A stretch of 64,000 nucleotides of DNA from Octopus sinensis (taxonomy: Eukaryota), in the NCBI RefSeq assembly GCF_006345805.1, contig NC_043024.1, positions 12,090,001 to 12,154,000 of the forward strand, given 5' to 3'. Of the stretch, positions 38,486 to 51,488 are shown in pieces. The first letter of the stretch is position 1. Every line of letters begins with the position of its first letter. Made by a program: the position numbers and the translations under genes. Below the pieces are notes generated by a model. It did no database searches and was not told the origin of the DNA. It saw only the letters and a list, made by a program, of their open reading frames with translations.

Positions 38486-39252
38486 ACCGGATGCCGCCAT
38501 CGAAACAGCCATTCGTCCGGCGGTTATTCGTCGAACGTTCCAGCCAACGCCAATTCAACACCCCCGTCTGAAGGAAGTCTTGACGAAGAAGCCGGATGAA
38601 AAGACCGAAGCAGCACCCTCGAAGGCAGACTTCACAGACATGATACGCTTCGTAGTGGTGGTCATCATCCGACACTCTCACGGTGGCAAAAGATGACAGG
38701 ACGCAGCGACACAGACCAATGCAGACTCTGTAACGAGGAGGTGGAATCTGCAGTTTATCTTTGGCTGAGTTTTCCGGCTCTGATGGTGGAACGCTATATC
38801 CTATTTCTTTACTACCCACAAGGGGCTAAACACAGAGAGGGGACAAACAACGACAGACAAACGGATTAAGTCGATTATATCGACCCCAGTGCGTAACTGG
38901 TACTTATTTAATCGACCCCGAAAGGATGAAAGGCAAAGTCGACCTCGGCCAACTAGGGGCTACAATGGATGAGATGATTCGTCTCCCTTCCGCGGCTCTA
39001 GCGCTTCTGAGAGTTATTCTCAGCCGCATCATGTGACCAAAAACAACAACAACACCAGCCGTTCAAGAATTTGGACCTGGAGATCTCCATTTCCAGTGAC
39101 TTCGAGGGCCACCTCCCAGTGGTGTCCGGCGTCAACGAAGAGCCCTCGACTACAACAAGACGACCAAAGTTCTTTTATTTTTCTATGGTCTGGGGTCTCC
39201 CGCCCCTAAGCCCTAAACCATCACCTAATCACCCTTACCCGTCTTCTGGCTT

Positions 39253-39301
<49 letters not shown>

Positions 39302-40325
39302 GCAACAACAGTAGCAACAGCAACAACAGTGGAGATGCAATGGCCCAATGGTTAGGGCAGCGGACTCGTGGTCGGAGGACTGCGGTTTCGATTCTCAGAC
39401 CGGGAGTTGTGTGTGTTTATTGAGCGAAAAACACCTAAAGCTCCACGAGGCTCCGGCAGAGGGTGGTAGCGACCCCTGTTGTACTCTTTCGCTCCAACTT
39501 TCTCTCACTCTTTCTTGTCCCCGACTTCTTACGCAACCGCTGAGCCTGGATGCGCATTCATCCATCCGTCGATGCTCTCGGTGTCGGGGGGTTGACCTGC
39601 TCTCTCTTCTGCGGGTCTTACGAATAGCAAAGGACCACGTTTCGGACTTTTCACATCTGGCGAGCTCTGGGACGAAGACCGTTCGCTCAACAGCGACAAC
39701 AACAAACTCTACCACAACAACAATGAGAGAACTCAGTCCGAGCCCATGAAGGAGCTTCTGTGCTGAAAAAAGACGAGATGGTCATGGGTGGAATATCTTT
39801 GATTAGAGGTCTTTTCGACCTAGGTTGACTAAACGACAACACGTGATAAGTTTGTGGAAGATTAATAACCCAAGAAGGATTAGTTTTCGTTATCTCTGTT
39901 TTATTAAGATCAAACCGTGCTTCAGGTCCAACAAAGCAAAACAAACAAGTGAATAAATATACATCCACCCACCCATGGCAAACACTCTCGAAAACACTAC
40001 ACCTCTCCCACTCTAATGAACAAACAAGAATACAACGAAATAATAATAATTACGCTGTGTAACAAATTTATATTTTGGTCTTCGGTCAGAAAGTGTTATT
40101 TCTTATTTGCTTCTTTCTAGAAACCAAAGGAAATGACTACCATTCCCTTCACCCTTTGCTTCTGTGATCTGGACATCAATGTTTTGAAACTGACCTATTT
40201 TCCATTACATTTCACACAGAATCAGTGCCGAGTTGCTGAAGCAGAAATATCGTTAGGGCAAATATTCTGCTCAGTACCACAGATTTGCTTGTCAGTTGCT
40301 TAAAATAATAATAATAATAATAATA

Positions 40326-40381
<56 letters not shown>

Positions 40382-40421
40382 GTAATAATAATAGTAATAA
40401 TAATAATAATAACAATGATTT

Positions 40422-40678
40422 CTTTTACTTGTTTCAGTCATTTGACTGTGGCCATGCTGGAGCACAGCCTTTAGTCGAGCAAATCGACTCCAGGACGTAT
40501 TCTTTGAAAGCCTAGTACTTATTCTATCGGTCTCTTTTGCCGAAACGCTAAGTTACGGAGACGTAAACACACCATGATCGGTTGTCAAGCGATGTTGGGA
40601 CGACAAACACAGACACACAAACATACACACACACACACATACACACACATACACACACACACACACATACACACACAT

Positions 40679-40723
<45 letters not shown>

Positions 40724-40860
40724 TGCGACGAGCTTCTTTCAGTTTCCATCTACCAAATCCACTCACAAGGCTTTGGTCGGCTCGAGGCTATAGTTGAAGA
40801 CACTTGCCCGAGGTGCCACGCAGTGGGACTGAACCCATAACCATGTGGTCGGTAAGCAAG
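40422..40860 (-). mobile_element. SINE family A
   Basis: Reverse-complement full copy. Confidence 0.85.
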
Positions 40861-41228
40861 CTGGAATGCTCGGTAGAACTCCTTCAGAAAGTTTGTTCTT
40901 TAGAGACAGCAATGATTATCAGGAGTGTTCTAATCACTTGAAAGGCACTGAAAAGTTGTGGGTACCTAAGGTTACAGGTAGCAACCCGCTTCCCACAGAA
41001 AGCACACCTGGAATAAGACCGAACCTGAGCCAAACAAAAATAGCAATAGTCTAATTACTATGATTATTGAGTCAAGCAGGTTAAGTAGAAGTGACTGTAC
41101 CTTGATAAAAAATTAACCTATAATAATTAACGTCAGAGACAAAATTAGATTATGGAAAATTCAGGTGCACATATAGGACCCTGGGTGGGTTTCTGAAGGA
41201 AAATGTCATCAAATTAATTTATATTTAC

Positions 41229-42278
41229 CATCATCCAGGCGAGTATTTTACTGTCCAGCTCCACGTGTGGTAACATTCCTGATCCCAGCCGATGTTGCCT
41301 TCTAGCACCGCCGTGTACCTTCTTGGGTACCTTATGTACCCTGCTTGTCATGTAATGTAACCAGGGTCGTATTTGTGATAATCTTGACGATTCTTGACAT
41401 GCTCCGGTTGGTGCAGTTTCGTTTAGCACGCGTGTTTCGTTTAGCATACGTGCTTCGTTTAGCACACGTGTTTCATTTAGCACACGTGGTACCCCAAATA
41501 CTGCATGAGATGGTGGTTGTGGTGGTGTTGGTGGAGATGATGGAATCCTATATTGTGGAAACTGTGTCCCGGGTACGACATCAGGTAAATCAGATGGTTG
41601 ATGGTGAACTTCCATTGGTATATGTGGTATTTCGATCGGTGCGCAAGGGACTCCGCTTGCTCCGTGAGGTACTCTACGTGGTAGGTCAGGTACCCTAACT
41701 TGTCTGCTACGTAGTTGAGGTACCTTGGCTGTTGCAGAAGGCACTGAAGTTAATTGATGACTTAGTGAAACCAAAGGTGCATGAGAAATGCAATGCGATA
41801 TACGAGGTACTTTGCATGATACGGAAGGTACCGTGGTTGACACGTGACTTGATAAGCCTGAAGGTACAGGAGACCGGCAACGAGATATAAAACGTACCCC
41901 AGAGGAAACGGGAGCTGCTGTGACAGGTAATTGACCACTGGGTACCCCTGAGAGAACAGGAGGTGGGCAACGAGGTACACGATGTACCCCGGTTAACATA
42001 GGAGCTGATAAATATGATGCATGACTATTAGGTAACCTCGAAGGAACACAAGACGGACAAGGAGAGGTAAGGCGTACCCCGGGTAGCACGGCGGCTTGGT
42101 TATGAGGTACCCCGACTGCGCCGCGACACACAGGTTGCATATCATGAGTTGCCTGCTCAGTCGACACCTCGACTGGAGCACGTTGTTGCATGATTGGGTT
42201 AACGAGTACCTCAGTGGCCAAGGGTGGGTGGGCCCCGGGTGGGCCCCTCAAGAGACAAGGGTCACAGTTCGATTTCAG
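41229..42278 (-). CDS. KIAA2012: Large Pro/Val/Ser-rich exon of the KIAA2012-like gene (~350 aa)
   Basis: 1050 nt open GC-rich frame. Acceptor gactcaag|CTG is phase 0 and matches the upstream exon. Donor is ATG|gtaaat (41229, phase 0) or alternatively GACA|gtaaaa (41252, phase 1); the downstream partner is unresolved. Confidence 0.7.
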
Positions 42279-42372
42279 CTTGAGTCAATAAATTCACATT
42301 TGAGCATAAAATCGCATGATTTCAATATATATACACGTGTGTATACGTAAGTGCACATAATATATGTATATA

Positions 42373-42419
<47 letters not shown>

Positions 42420-42634
42420 TGTATGTATGTATGTATATACATGCACATATGAATGGGTGTATATTTATGAGTGCATTTTATGTGTGTATGTATATATATT
42501 TTCTATATGCATGTCTGTATGTATATGCTTATGCGTATCTATATGCGCGTGAAACTACGTATAGTCATTCACTCTTTTACTAGTTTCAGCCATGCGGTTG
42601 CGGTCATGCTGGGGCACCACACAGAATGTCTAGA

Positions 42635-42675
<41 letters not shown>

Positions 42676-43092
42676 TGCACAGTCTATGTGTATATATGCG
42701 TAGAGGACACCGAGGGAGAGAGAGAGAGAGAGAGTGGAGCAGTGCTATCACCGCGTATCACGCCTACCCTACCCCCACCATATGACACCCCACCTTGACA
42801 ACATCAATAGCAACAACCACAACACCAATTCTTATCCCACCCCTACTTCCTGGTTTACGTTCGCTCATACACGCATGCTTATACACATACACTCACGCAC
42901 ACACACACACGCATAAATATATATATGTTGATAACGTTTGGGGTACATTTATACACATATATGTGTGTGTATATAAGCATACCTATGCATACATGTATAT
43001 AAATATATGTGTGTGTTTGTGTGTGTGTGTGTATGTGTGTGTAAACTCGTGATATACAATTTATATATGTACATGCCTATGTCTGCATATGC

Positions 43093-43123
<31 letters not shown>

Positions 43124-43147
43124 CATATGTATATATATATATGTATA

Positions 43148-43191
<44 letters not shown>

Positions 43192-43927
43192 TTATATATA
43201 TATATATAAGTAAAATGAATATGTATATATATATATATATATATACATACACATACATATACACATACTTACACACACACATACACACACACACACATAT
43301 ATATATATAATACATGCATGCATACACAACCACAGACAAACACGGACATACGTACATATATATATGTGTGTGCGTGTGTGTGCGTGCATATAATCTTACA
43401 TACATTCACAAACACACCTACACACACCACACACACTCACACATACATACATATATACACATTTGAATCCTTGAAATTATTCAAGAGAGATTAACAGTGC
43501 CGAAATTAGATAATCATTCTCGCTCCCTCCTGACTCCCCTCTCTCCTTACTCTTTCACTTTCTCTCTCTCTCTCTCTCTCTCATACACTTGCCCTCCTCT
43601 GTTTTGTATTTACAATCTACCTCCATAGACAAGCAAACAAACCTTATCCTATTCTCACGTCACCCAACACAAATACAAAAATACAAATCTCTAGAACCAA
43701 ACGGAAGAATTAATTAAAGAATAGCCGCGTTAAGACACTCCTCAAACGTATCACAGCACAGTTTAAGGAGTGGAAGGTAGGAAAATAGAAGACTTCATAT
43801 AACTTAAATGTACTGCTTAAAATTTATTCCTTCACCGACACCTACTTGGCAGTAAAATCATTGACAGTGAACCTGTTTTTGTTCTCTATTTGTCCGCCCC
43901 CACCGATATGTATCTGAAAGGCCTAAT

Positions 43928-44610
43928 GGATGAAAGCACTCCGTCGGTTACGACGACGAGGGTCCCGGTTGATCCGAATCAACGGAACAGCCTGTTCGTG
44001 AAATTAACGTGTAAGAGGCTGAGCACTCCACAGACACGTGTACCCTTAACGTAGTTCTCAGGGATATTCAGCGTGACACAGAGAGTGACAAGGCCGGCCC
44101 TTTGAAATACAGGTACAACAGAAACAGGAAGTAAGAGTGAGAGAAAGTTGTGGTGAAAGAGTACAGCAGGGATCACCACCATCCCCTGCCGGAGCCTCGT
44201 GGAGCTTTAGGTGTTTTCGCTCAATATGGAAGCACTCCGTCGGTTACGACGACGAGGGTTCCGGTTGATCTGAATCAACGGAACAGCCTGCTCGTGAAAT
44301 TAACGTGTAAGTGGCTGAGCACTCCACAGACACGTGTACCCTTAACGTAGTTCTCGGGGATATTCAGCGTGACACAGAGAGTGACAAGGCCGGCCCTTTG
44401 AAATACAGGTACAACAGAAACAGGAAGTGAGAGTGAGAGAAAGTTGTGGTGAAAGAGTACAGCAGGGATCACCACCATCCCCTGCCGGAGCCTCGTGGAG
44501 CTTTAGGTGTTTTCGCTCAATAAACACTCACAACGCCCAGTCTGGGAATCGAAACCACGATCCTACGACCGCGAGTCCGCTGCCCTAACCACTGGGCCAT
44601 TGCGCCTCCA
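43928..44610 (-). mobile_element. SINE family C with internal ~296-bp tandem duplication and 14-bp TSD
   Basis: ctgaaaggcctaat flanks both ends (43914-43927, 44611-44624). Confidence 0.85.
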
Positions 44611-45000
44611 CTGAAAGGCCTAATATTAATATCATTGGCAGTATGTCATTTCCCCATCTCTATTTCTCCGTCTCTGCTGATATGTATCTCAAAGGCCTAA
44701 TATTAATATAATTGGCAGTGTGACCATTTTCTTTCTCTATTTGTCCAGCCTCGTTAACACATATATCAAAAACAATTACCTAGTAACAATATCATTGGTA
44801 GTGCGTCCCTTTTCTTTCTCCATTTGTCCAACCTCGCTGGCGCGCGCGTGTGTGTGTGTGTGAGTGAGAGAGACAAGGGTGAGAGTGAGAGTGTGAGAGA
44901 ATGAGAATAAGAAAGATGAGTGATTCAAAACAAAAACAAGAACAAAATGCAATAAAATATATATAAACGGCAAAAATTAACATTGTTATTACTAGCTAAC

Positions 45001-45257
45001 CTTCAGCTGTTGATGATGTTGATGTTGATGATGATATTGGAACGCTGTGTTTACGGTGGCCTGAAGAATGTAATCCGTGAGGATGGTCTGTTGTTGCTGT
45101 TTGTTCAAATTCTGGTAGGGGACTCCTTCTTCTTGGTGGTCGTGGTCGTGGTAATGGTGGTGGCGGCGGTGGTGGTGGTGGTGATGGTGCGACAGCGGCG
45201 GGAGCAGGTCTCGAAACCCTGACGTCTTATTTGAGGTGCAACAATAAGAGCAGACGT
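45001..45257 (-). CDS. KIAA2012: KIAA2012-like exon, His/Gln-rich (DVCSYCCTSNKTSGFRDLLPPLSHHHH...HHQQLK), phase 1-0
   Basis: Acceptor tttctcttctatcag|AC, donor AAG|gttagc, 257 nt fully open, phases compatible. Confidence 0.75.
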
Positions 45258-45317
45258 CTGATAGAAGAGAAATGGATATGATGATAATAATGGGCGATAT
45301 ATATTATATATATATAT

Positions 45318-45708
45318 ATCTTTTACTCTTTTACTTGTTTCAGTCATTTGACTGCGGCCATGCTGGAGCACCGCCTTTAATCGAGCAACTCGACCCCGGG
45401 ACTTATTCTTTTGTAAGCCCAGTACTTATTCTATCGGTCTCTTTTGCCGAACCGCTAAGTAACGGGAACGTAAACACACCAGTATCGGTTGTCAAGCAAT
45501 GCTAGGGGAACAAACACAGACACACAAACACACACACGCATACATATATACGACGGGCTTCTTTCAGTTTCCGTCTACCAAATCCACTCACAAGGCTTTG
45601 GTCGGCCCGAAGTTATAGTAGAAGACACTTGCCCAAGGTGCCACGCAGTGGGACTGAACCCGGAACCATGTAGTTGGTAAACAAGCTACTTACCACACAG
45701 CCACTCCT
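45318..45708 (-). mobile_element. SINE family A
   Basis: Reverse-complement full copy abutting the mariner TIR. Confidence 0.85.
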
Positions 45709-45709
45709 G

Positions 45710-46264
45710 TGGATTGTCCGGAAAATTCGTGCCGATTTGTAGTATCTTACCTTTCGACTTATTTTAGAACATAGTTGAGTCCATAAAATAGGATTTGACT
45801 ACACCTCCATTTAGAGCACAGTTTAAGCTATCTTTTCGTGGAAGAAGGTTTATGTTCCTATAACCTGTGTTAATTCTGTAACCCTTTAAAATGAAAGATA
45901 AGAAAGTTCATTTTCGGTACTTGATGCTTTGAGAACCAGGCAAAAATTGCTGCAGCTCGGCTGGGATGTGTTACCCCACCCTCCATATTCACCAGATATT
46001 GCTCCTTCGGATTTCCACTTATTCAGGTCTCTGCAGAATTGTCTTAATGGTAAAAATTTCAATTCCTTGGATGACGTAAAAAGATACCTTGATGAATTCT
46101 TTGCCATGAAATCACCTCAGGAAGAGGGTATTTTCAAGTTAAAGGAAAGATGGAGATGCATTGTGCATCAAAATGGTTCATATTTGGTTGATTAAAAATG
46201 TAATGGCAAGTATTTATTGACCTTTTTCTTTCCTTTAAAAGTCTGCACGAACTTTCCGGACAAC

Positions 46265-46268
<4 letters not shown>
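45710..46268 (+). mobile_element. Internally deleted mariner (DD34D) element
   Basis: ~28-bp TIRs; MKDKKVHFRYLML start fused to the C-terminus GWDVLPHPPYSPDIAPSDFHLFRSL. Confidence 0.9.
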
Positions 46269-46289
<21 letters not shown>

Positions 46290-46306
<17 letters not shown>

Positions 46307-46798
46307 TGTAGTTGTGTGAGTGTCTGTCTCCTACGATTTGGATTCCTAACTCCTCCCACATTTTGCGGTGCAGTTTAACCAAATTCGGGTATCTTATAGT
46401 CGGGATTAATATCGAGCCCGTCTGGCTATTAGCGCGCGTCTACGATGAGTCTACGATTTTAAAAATAATTTAACATCATTTTATTCCATTTTAATGCATA
46501 ATTTTTCGTGTGTCGATGGCGGCGGAGTTGCGTCCATAGTCACACCTGCACCTGTTTGCTTCTCCCCCTTCTTCCCTCCCTCGTGAAGCTGTGGGGAAGG
46601 GAGTTTAAGGAATCAACGTCGTAATGCGTTGTCAAGGAGACCAGCGTTCTTTTAGAACAACGACTTCATGGCTTGAAGACACCAAAACAGAAATGGCTAA
46701 GAAAGCCCGAATTGGCATCTATAAAGGAAGTAACTCTCTAAAAATGCTTATATAGTTATTTCCCTTACAAACCCGAGCAACGCCGGGCGATACTGCTA

Positions 46799-46799
<1 letters not shown>
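46290..46799 (+). mobile_element. Non-autonomous Helitron, family 1 variant with a different internal segment
   Basis: Same 5' part and the same 3' hairpin plus CTAG|T; interior 46500-46720 differs. Confidence 0.75.
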
Positions 46800-46832
<33 letters not shown>

Positions 46833-47082
46833 CGAGCAAAAGAGCTAGTTTTAAAATCTCTAAATGAGTAATGAGTAGTAACGATATTAAACAGTAAATA
46901 GTTTATTTGCCAACATGAAGTGACTCTTCTATCCAGAACTATGTTACTCCGACTAACCCCAGGAAAACACCTTTTCCAGATGGTTAACGACACGCAACCT
47001 GTGTCTGACATACTGTGAGCAAGGGAGCGAACTAATCTTCTCTAGCTTTAGGTGGACCAGTAGACCATGGTTTCTAGGTCTT

Positions 47083-47350
47083 TTCAGCAACGACTACCCA
47101 AAACAGACCCATGGACCGGAGTATTATTGCCTGAATAATGCAGAGGTGTCATCTGCCTGGTAATCTCGTAAAACTCTCACCAGCAACAACTACCCAAACA
47201 GACCCATGGACTGGAGGGTTGTTGCCTGCGCGACTCAAAGGGATCATCCGCCAGGCAATCTCGAAAAATCATTCAACAGTAATGACTTCTCAAACAGACC
47301 CTTAGAATGATGGGCTGTCACCTGTGTGGTGCAAAGATGTCATCCGCCAG
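47083..47350. repeat. Diverged ~97-bp tandem repeat, three copies
   Basis: Recurring actacccaaacagaccc...tcatccgccagg unit. Confidence 0.6.
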
Positions 47351-47516
47351 GAGTAGGGAACCACCAACAAATGCTGGATGTAGCGAGGCGCTGTTACAGC
47401 ACTTTCCCCTATGATACTATTACACCAAATTTTTGTTTGCTGCAGGCAAACAAATACCCACGATGGGTTAACACAAGGCTGTTAACGTGAATCGAAACTA
47501 GGGCAATATGACTTAC

Positions 47517-47687
47517 CTGGTTTCAACTGGTAGTCGTTGGACAAGACGTGTGCAAATGTATAACGGTAGGGATCGGGTAGCAACATGTTATGAAGGAGTC
47601 GATAAGGGAGCGGTGATGAAGAAATGTCATCGAATGAGCTGTGAGAGTATGGGAGTTGATCCAATGATGGTTTGCTCTGGAGGTGAC
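47517..47687 (-). CDS. KIAA2012: KIAA2012-like exon (GHLQSKPSLDQLPY...SNDYQLKP), phase 1-1
   Basis: Acceptor ttcctttactccag|GT, donor CCAG|gtaagt, 171 nt, phases match both neighbours. Confidence 0.85.
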
Positions 47688-47834
47688 CTGGAGTAAAGGA
47701 AAACAAAAACTTTTTCATTTTCGTCATAGTCGTCATCGTTATTATCGTCGCTATTGTCATCACCGTCATCGTCTTTGTCGTCAGCAATTGCAGCAACAAC
47801 AGCTGCAGCATTCGTAGCTGCATCGTTAAAATTA

Positions 47835-48765
47835 TTATCATCATCATCACAATCATCATCATCATCATCATCATCACCATCATCATCATTATCATCACAA
47901 TCATCACCATCACCATCATCACCATCATTATCATTATTATCATCATCACCATCACGATTATCATCCTCATCATCATCATCATCACCATCACAATCACCAT
48001 CAACATCATAATGCCATCAATATCATCATCATCATCATCATCACCCTCATCATCACCATCATCATCATCATCATCATCATCATCACCACCACCACCATCA
48101 TCACCATCATCATCACATCAAGCTCATCATCATCACCATCACCATCATCACCATTATCATCACCATCATCATCATCATCATCACCCTCATCATCACCATC
48201 ATCATCATCACCATCACCATCATCACCATTATCATCACCATCATCATCATCATCATCACCATCATCATCACCATCATCATCACCATCATCATCATCATCA
48301 TCATCACCATCATCATCACCATCATCATCACCATCATCACCACCATCATCATCACCATCATCATCATTACCATCATCATCATCACCATCATCATCATTAC
48401 CATCATCATCATCATCATCATCATCATCACCATCATCATCACCATCATCATCACCATCATCATCACCACCATCATCATCACCATCATCATCATCACCATC
48501 ATCATCACCATCATCATCACCATCATCATCATTACCATCATCATCATTACCATCATCATCATCACCATCATCATCATCACCATCATCACCACCATCATCA
48601 TCACCATCATCATCATTACCATCATCATCATTACCATCATCATCATCACCATCATCACCACCATCATCATCACCATCATCATCATTACCATCATCATCAT
48701 TACCATCATCATCATCACCATCATCATCATCACCATCATCATCACCATCATCATCACCATCATTA
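47835..48765. repeat. (CAT/CAC)n trinucleotide array, ~930 bp, intronic
   Basis: Directly visible; lies just upstream of the 47687 acceptor on the gene strand. Confidence 0.95.
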
Positions 48766-48959
48766 ACTTTATCAGCAGCAGTTGGAATGACCTAGAAAAT
48801 GTTTCCCTTCTGTCACACACTCACGCATACATATTCCCACACACAGGCTCCATCTACTCTCTCTCTCACACACACACACGCTCACAAACACACACACAAA
48901 CACACACATGCATACACATGCAGTCTCTCACTCTGCCACACATACCTCACCCCTCCACA

Positions 48960-49732
48960 CACTTTCAGTATCCGTCTACCAAATCCACTCACAACGCTTT
49001 GGACAGCCCGAGGCTATAGAAAAAGTTACTTGCCCAAGGTGCCATGCAGTGGGACTGAACCCGGAATCTCCTGCGGGGAGATATTTTTAGTCATTGGACT
49101 GCGGCCATGCTGGGGCACACCTTGACGAATCTAATCGAACAAATCGACCCCAATACTAATTTATATTTTTCTAAAGCTGGTATTCATCCTATCAGTCCAT
49201 TTTGCCGAACCGCTAAGTTGCGCAGACGTAAACAAAGCGACATCGGTTGTCAAACTGTGTGTGGGATGGATAAAGAACAACACACACGCACACGCACATA
49301 TACGACGGGCTTCCTCTCAGTTTCCGCCCACCAAATTGCATCACAAATCGGTTCGGGGCTATAAGTAGAAAACCGATGCCCAAGGTGCACCGCAGTGGGA
49401 ACGAACCTGGGACCATGTGGTTGAAAAACGAGCATCTTAACCACCCTCCACCCTTCAACGTTTGTATTTATTGCTGCTGCTGTTGTTGTTGTTACTTTAC
49501 TTACTTTTACTTTTACTTGTTTCAGTCAATTGGCTGCGGCCTTGCTGGAGCACCGCCTTTAGTCGAGCAAATCGGCCACGGGACTTATTCTTTGTAAGCC
49601 CAGTACTTATTCTATCGGTCTCTTTTGCCGAACCGCTAAGTGACGGGGACGTAAACACACCAGCATCGATTGTCAAGCAATGCTAGGGAGATAAACACAA
49701 ACACACAAAAATACACACATATACATACATAC

Positions 49733-49765
<33 letters not shown>

Positions 49766-49790
49766 TTATATATATATATAGATATATATC

Positions 49791-49822
<32 letters not shown>

Positions 49823-49998
49823 TACATACATAAACGACAGGCTTCTTTCAGTTTCCGTCTACCAAATCCACTCACAAGGCCTTGGTCGGCCCGAGGCTAT
49901 AGTAGAAGACACTTGCTCAAGATGCCACGCAGTGGGACTGAACCCAGAACCATGTGGTTGGTAAGCATGCTACTTACCAACCACATGGTTGGTAAGTA
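48960..49998 (-). mobile_element. Cluster of three SINE family A copies
   Basis: Partial, diverged and full copies in tandem. Confidence 0.8.
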
Positions 49999-50043
49999 GC
50001 TGTTGTTGTTTGTTTGTTTGTTTTTGTTCTTGAACCTTCTTAC

Positions 50044-50188
50044 CGTCTGCCACCAGTTGGTCAACAGTGGACTGGTCCCAGTATTTGCTCCAAATGGACA
50101 AATAGCGTTTAGCGGAAAAGCCAGGACGGAATTGACGCGGGAAGTCGTCGATTTTGGTCACGAGACGAGCATATTTTTCATTCGAATG
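50044..50188 (-). CDS. KIAA2012: KIAA2012-like exon (HSNEKYARL...FRPGFSAKRYLSIWSKYWDQSTVDQLVAD), phase 0-1
   Basis: Acceptor ttatcttgtag|CAT, donor GACG|gtaaga, 145 nt; PGFSAKRYL motif. Confidence 0.9.
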
Positions 50189-50224
50189 CTACAAGATAAT
50201 AAATGAATGAATTAATTAATTGAT

Positions 50225-50812
50225 AAAGGAGAAGAAGAAGAAGAAGAAGAAGAAGGAGAAGAAGAAGAGAGAAGAGAAGAAGAAGAAGAAGAAGAAGAAA
50301 GAGAAGAGAAGAAGAGAAGAAGGAAAGGGGATGGATAATAATAAGATGGAATGAGAGAGGAGGAAGGAAGATGGTAGGAGGAGAAAGAATAAGAGATAGA
50401 AGGAGGAGAGAAGGAGGAGAAGGAGAGAGGAGGAGGAAGAAGGGAGAAAGATAAAGGAGGAGAAGGAGGAGAAGGAGGAGAAGGAGGAGGAGGAGGAGGA
50501 GGAAAGAGGAGAAGAGGAGGAAGAGGGAGAGAGGAGGAGAGGAGGAAAAGAAGAAGAAGGGAAGAAGAAGAAGAGAATAAGAGAAGAAGAAGGGGATGGA
50601 ATATAATAGAGAGATGAGAAGAAGAAGGAGGAGAAGGAGGAGGAGGAGGAGGAGGAGGGGAAGATAAGGAGAAGGAGAGGGGAAAGAGAAGAAGGAGGAG
50701 AAGGAGAAGAAGAAGAAGAAGGGAGGAGGATGAGAAGGAGGAGGAGGAGGAGAAGAAGGAGAGAAGAAGAAGAAGAGGAGGAGGAGGAGGAGAAGAAGCA
50801 GGAGGAAAGGAT
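50225..50812. repeat. Polypurine (GAA/GAG)n tract
   Basis: Directly visible. Confidence 0.9.
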
Positions 50813-51219
50813 AGATATTAATATGAATTTATTAATATCAATTTAAACCAATGGCCTAGCATACTTAAAAAATCCCCAAAAATCCGAAGATATATATATA
50901 TGTAAGGTTAATCCAAACATGAAAACACAAAGAGAAAACACAACAACGCGAGGACGTGGAACAAATATAGTATTATTGGACGCTCAGGAAGGAAGGAAAG
51001 AAGGAGGGTTTAACGTTTCGAGCGGAGCTCTTCGTCGGAAACGTAGGAGAAGGAAAGATCCAGAGAAGGGTAGACGGAGGAAAAAAAATCGCCAACGGTA
51101 CACACGCGGTTGCTTTGCTTACGTTTGCTAAATTTTCTAGAGAACATTTCTTAGTGGTAAGACCATAGCGGATCTACTTCTAGCATTAGGGTGTCCACAT
51201 AGTGGTAATCCCTCTCATT

Positions 51220-51254
<35 letters not shown>

Positions 51255-51445
51255 CTTTGTGGCTACGTTTGTAGGTGTACATTTATGACTGTGTATATAT
51301 ATGTGCGTATGCATGTGTGGGTGTGTATGTGTTTGAGTATGACCGTATGCGCGCGCGTATGAAAATATTTTTGAGTGAATTCACGTGTAACTGTATGAAA
51401 ATATATTTTGCTGTGTCTGGGTAGAGCCATTCTTTTTAGTCCCTT

Positions 51446-51488
<43 letters not shown>

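Noticed and set aside
40862-41030. Unique block with a possible minus-strand acceptor (ggctcag|GTTCGG) that could be the missing exon after 41229
   Set aside because: No convincing donor in a compatible phase and an in-frame stop; also open on the + strand; unsupported without RNA data
48011-48766. 251-aa poly-His ORF (and poly-Met/Val ORF on the opposite strand)
   Set aside because: Translation of an intronic (CAT)n microsatellite; no splice or compositional support beyond the repeat
50225-50812. Polypurine mirror tract as a functional H-DNA element
   Set aside because: Such tracts are common in this window (also 13190-13658 and 36170-36500); nothing distinguishes it from neutral repeat expansion
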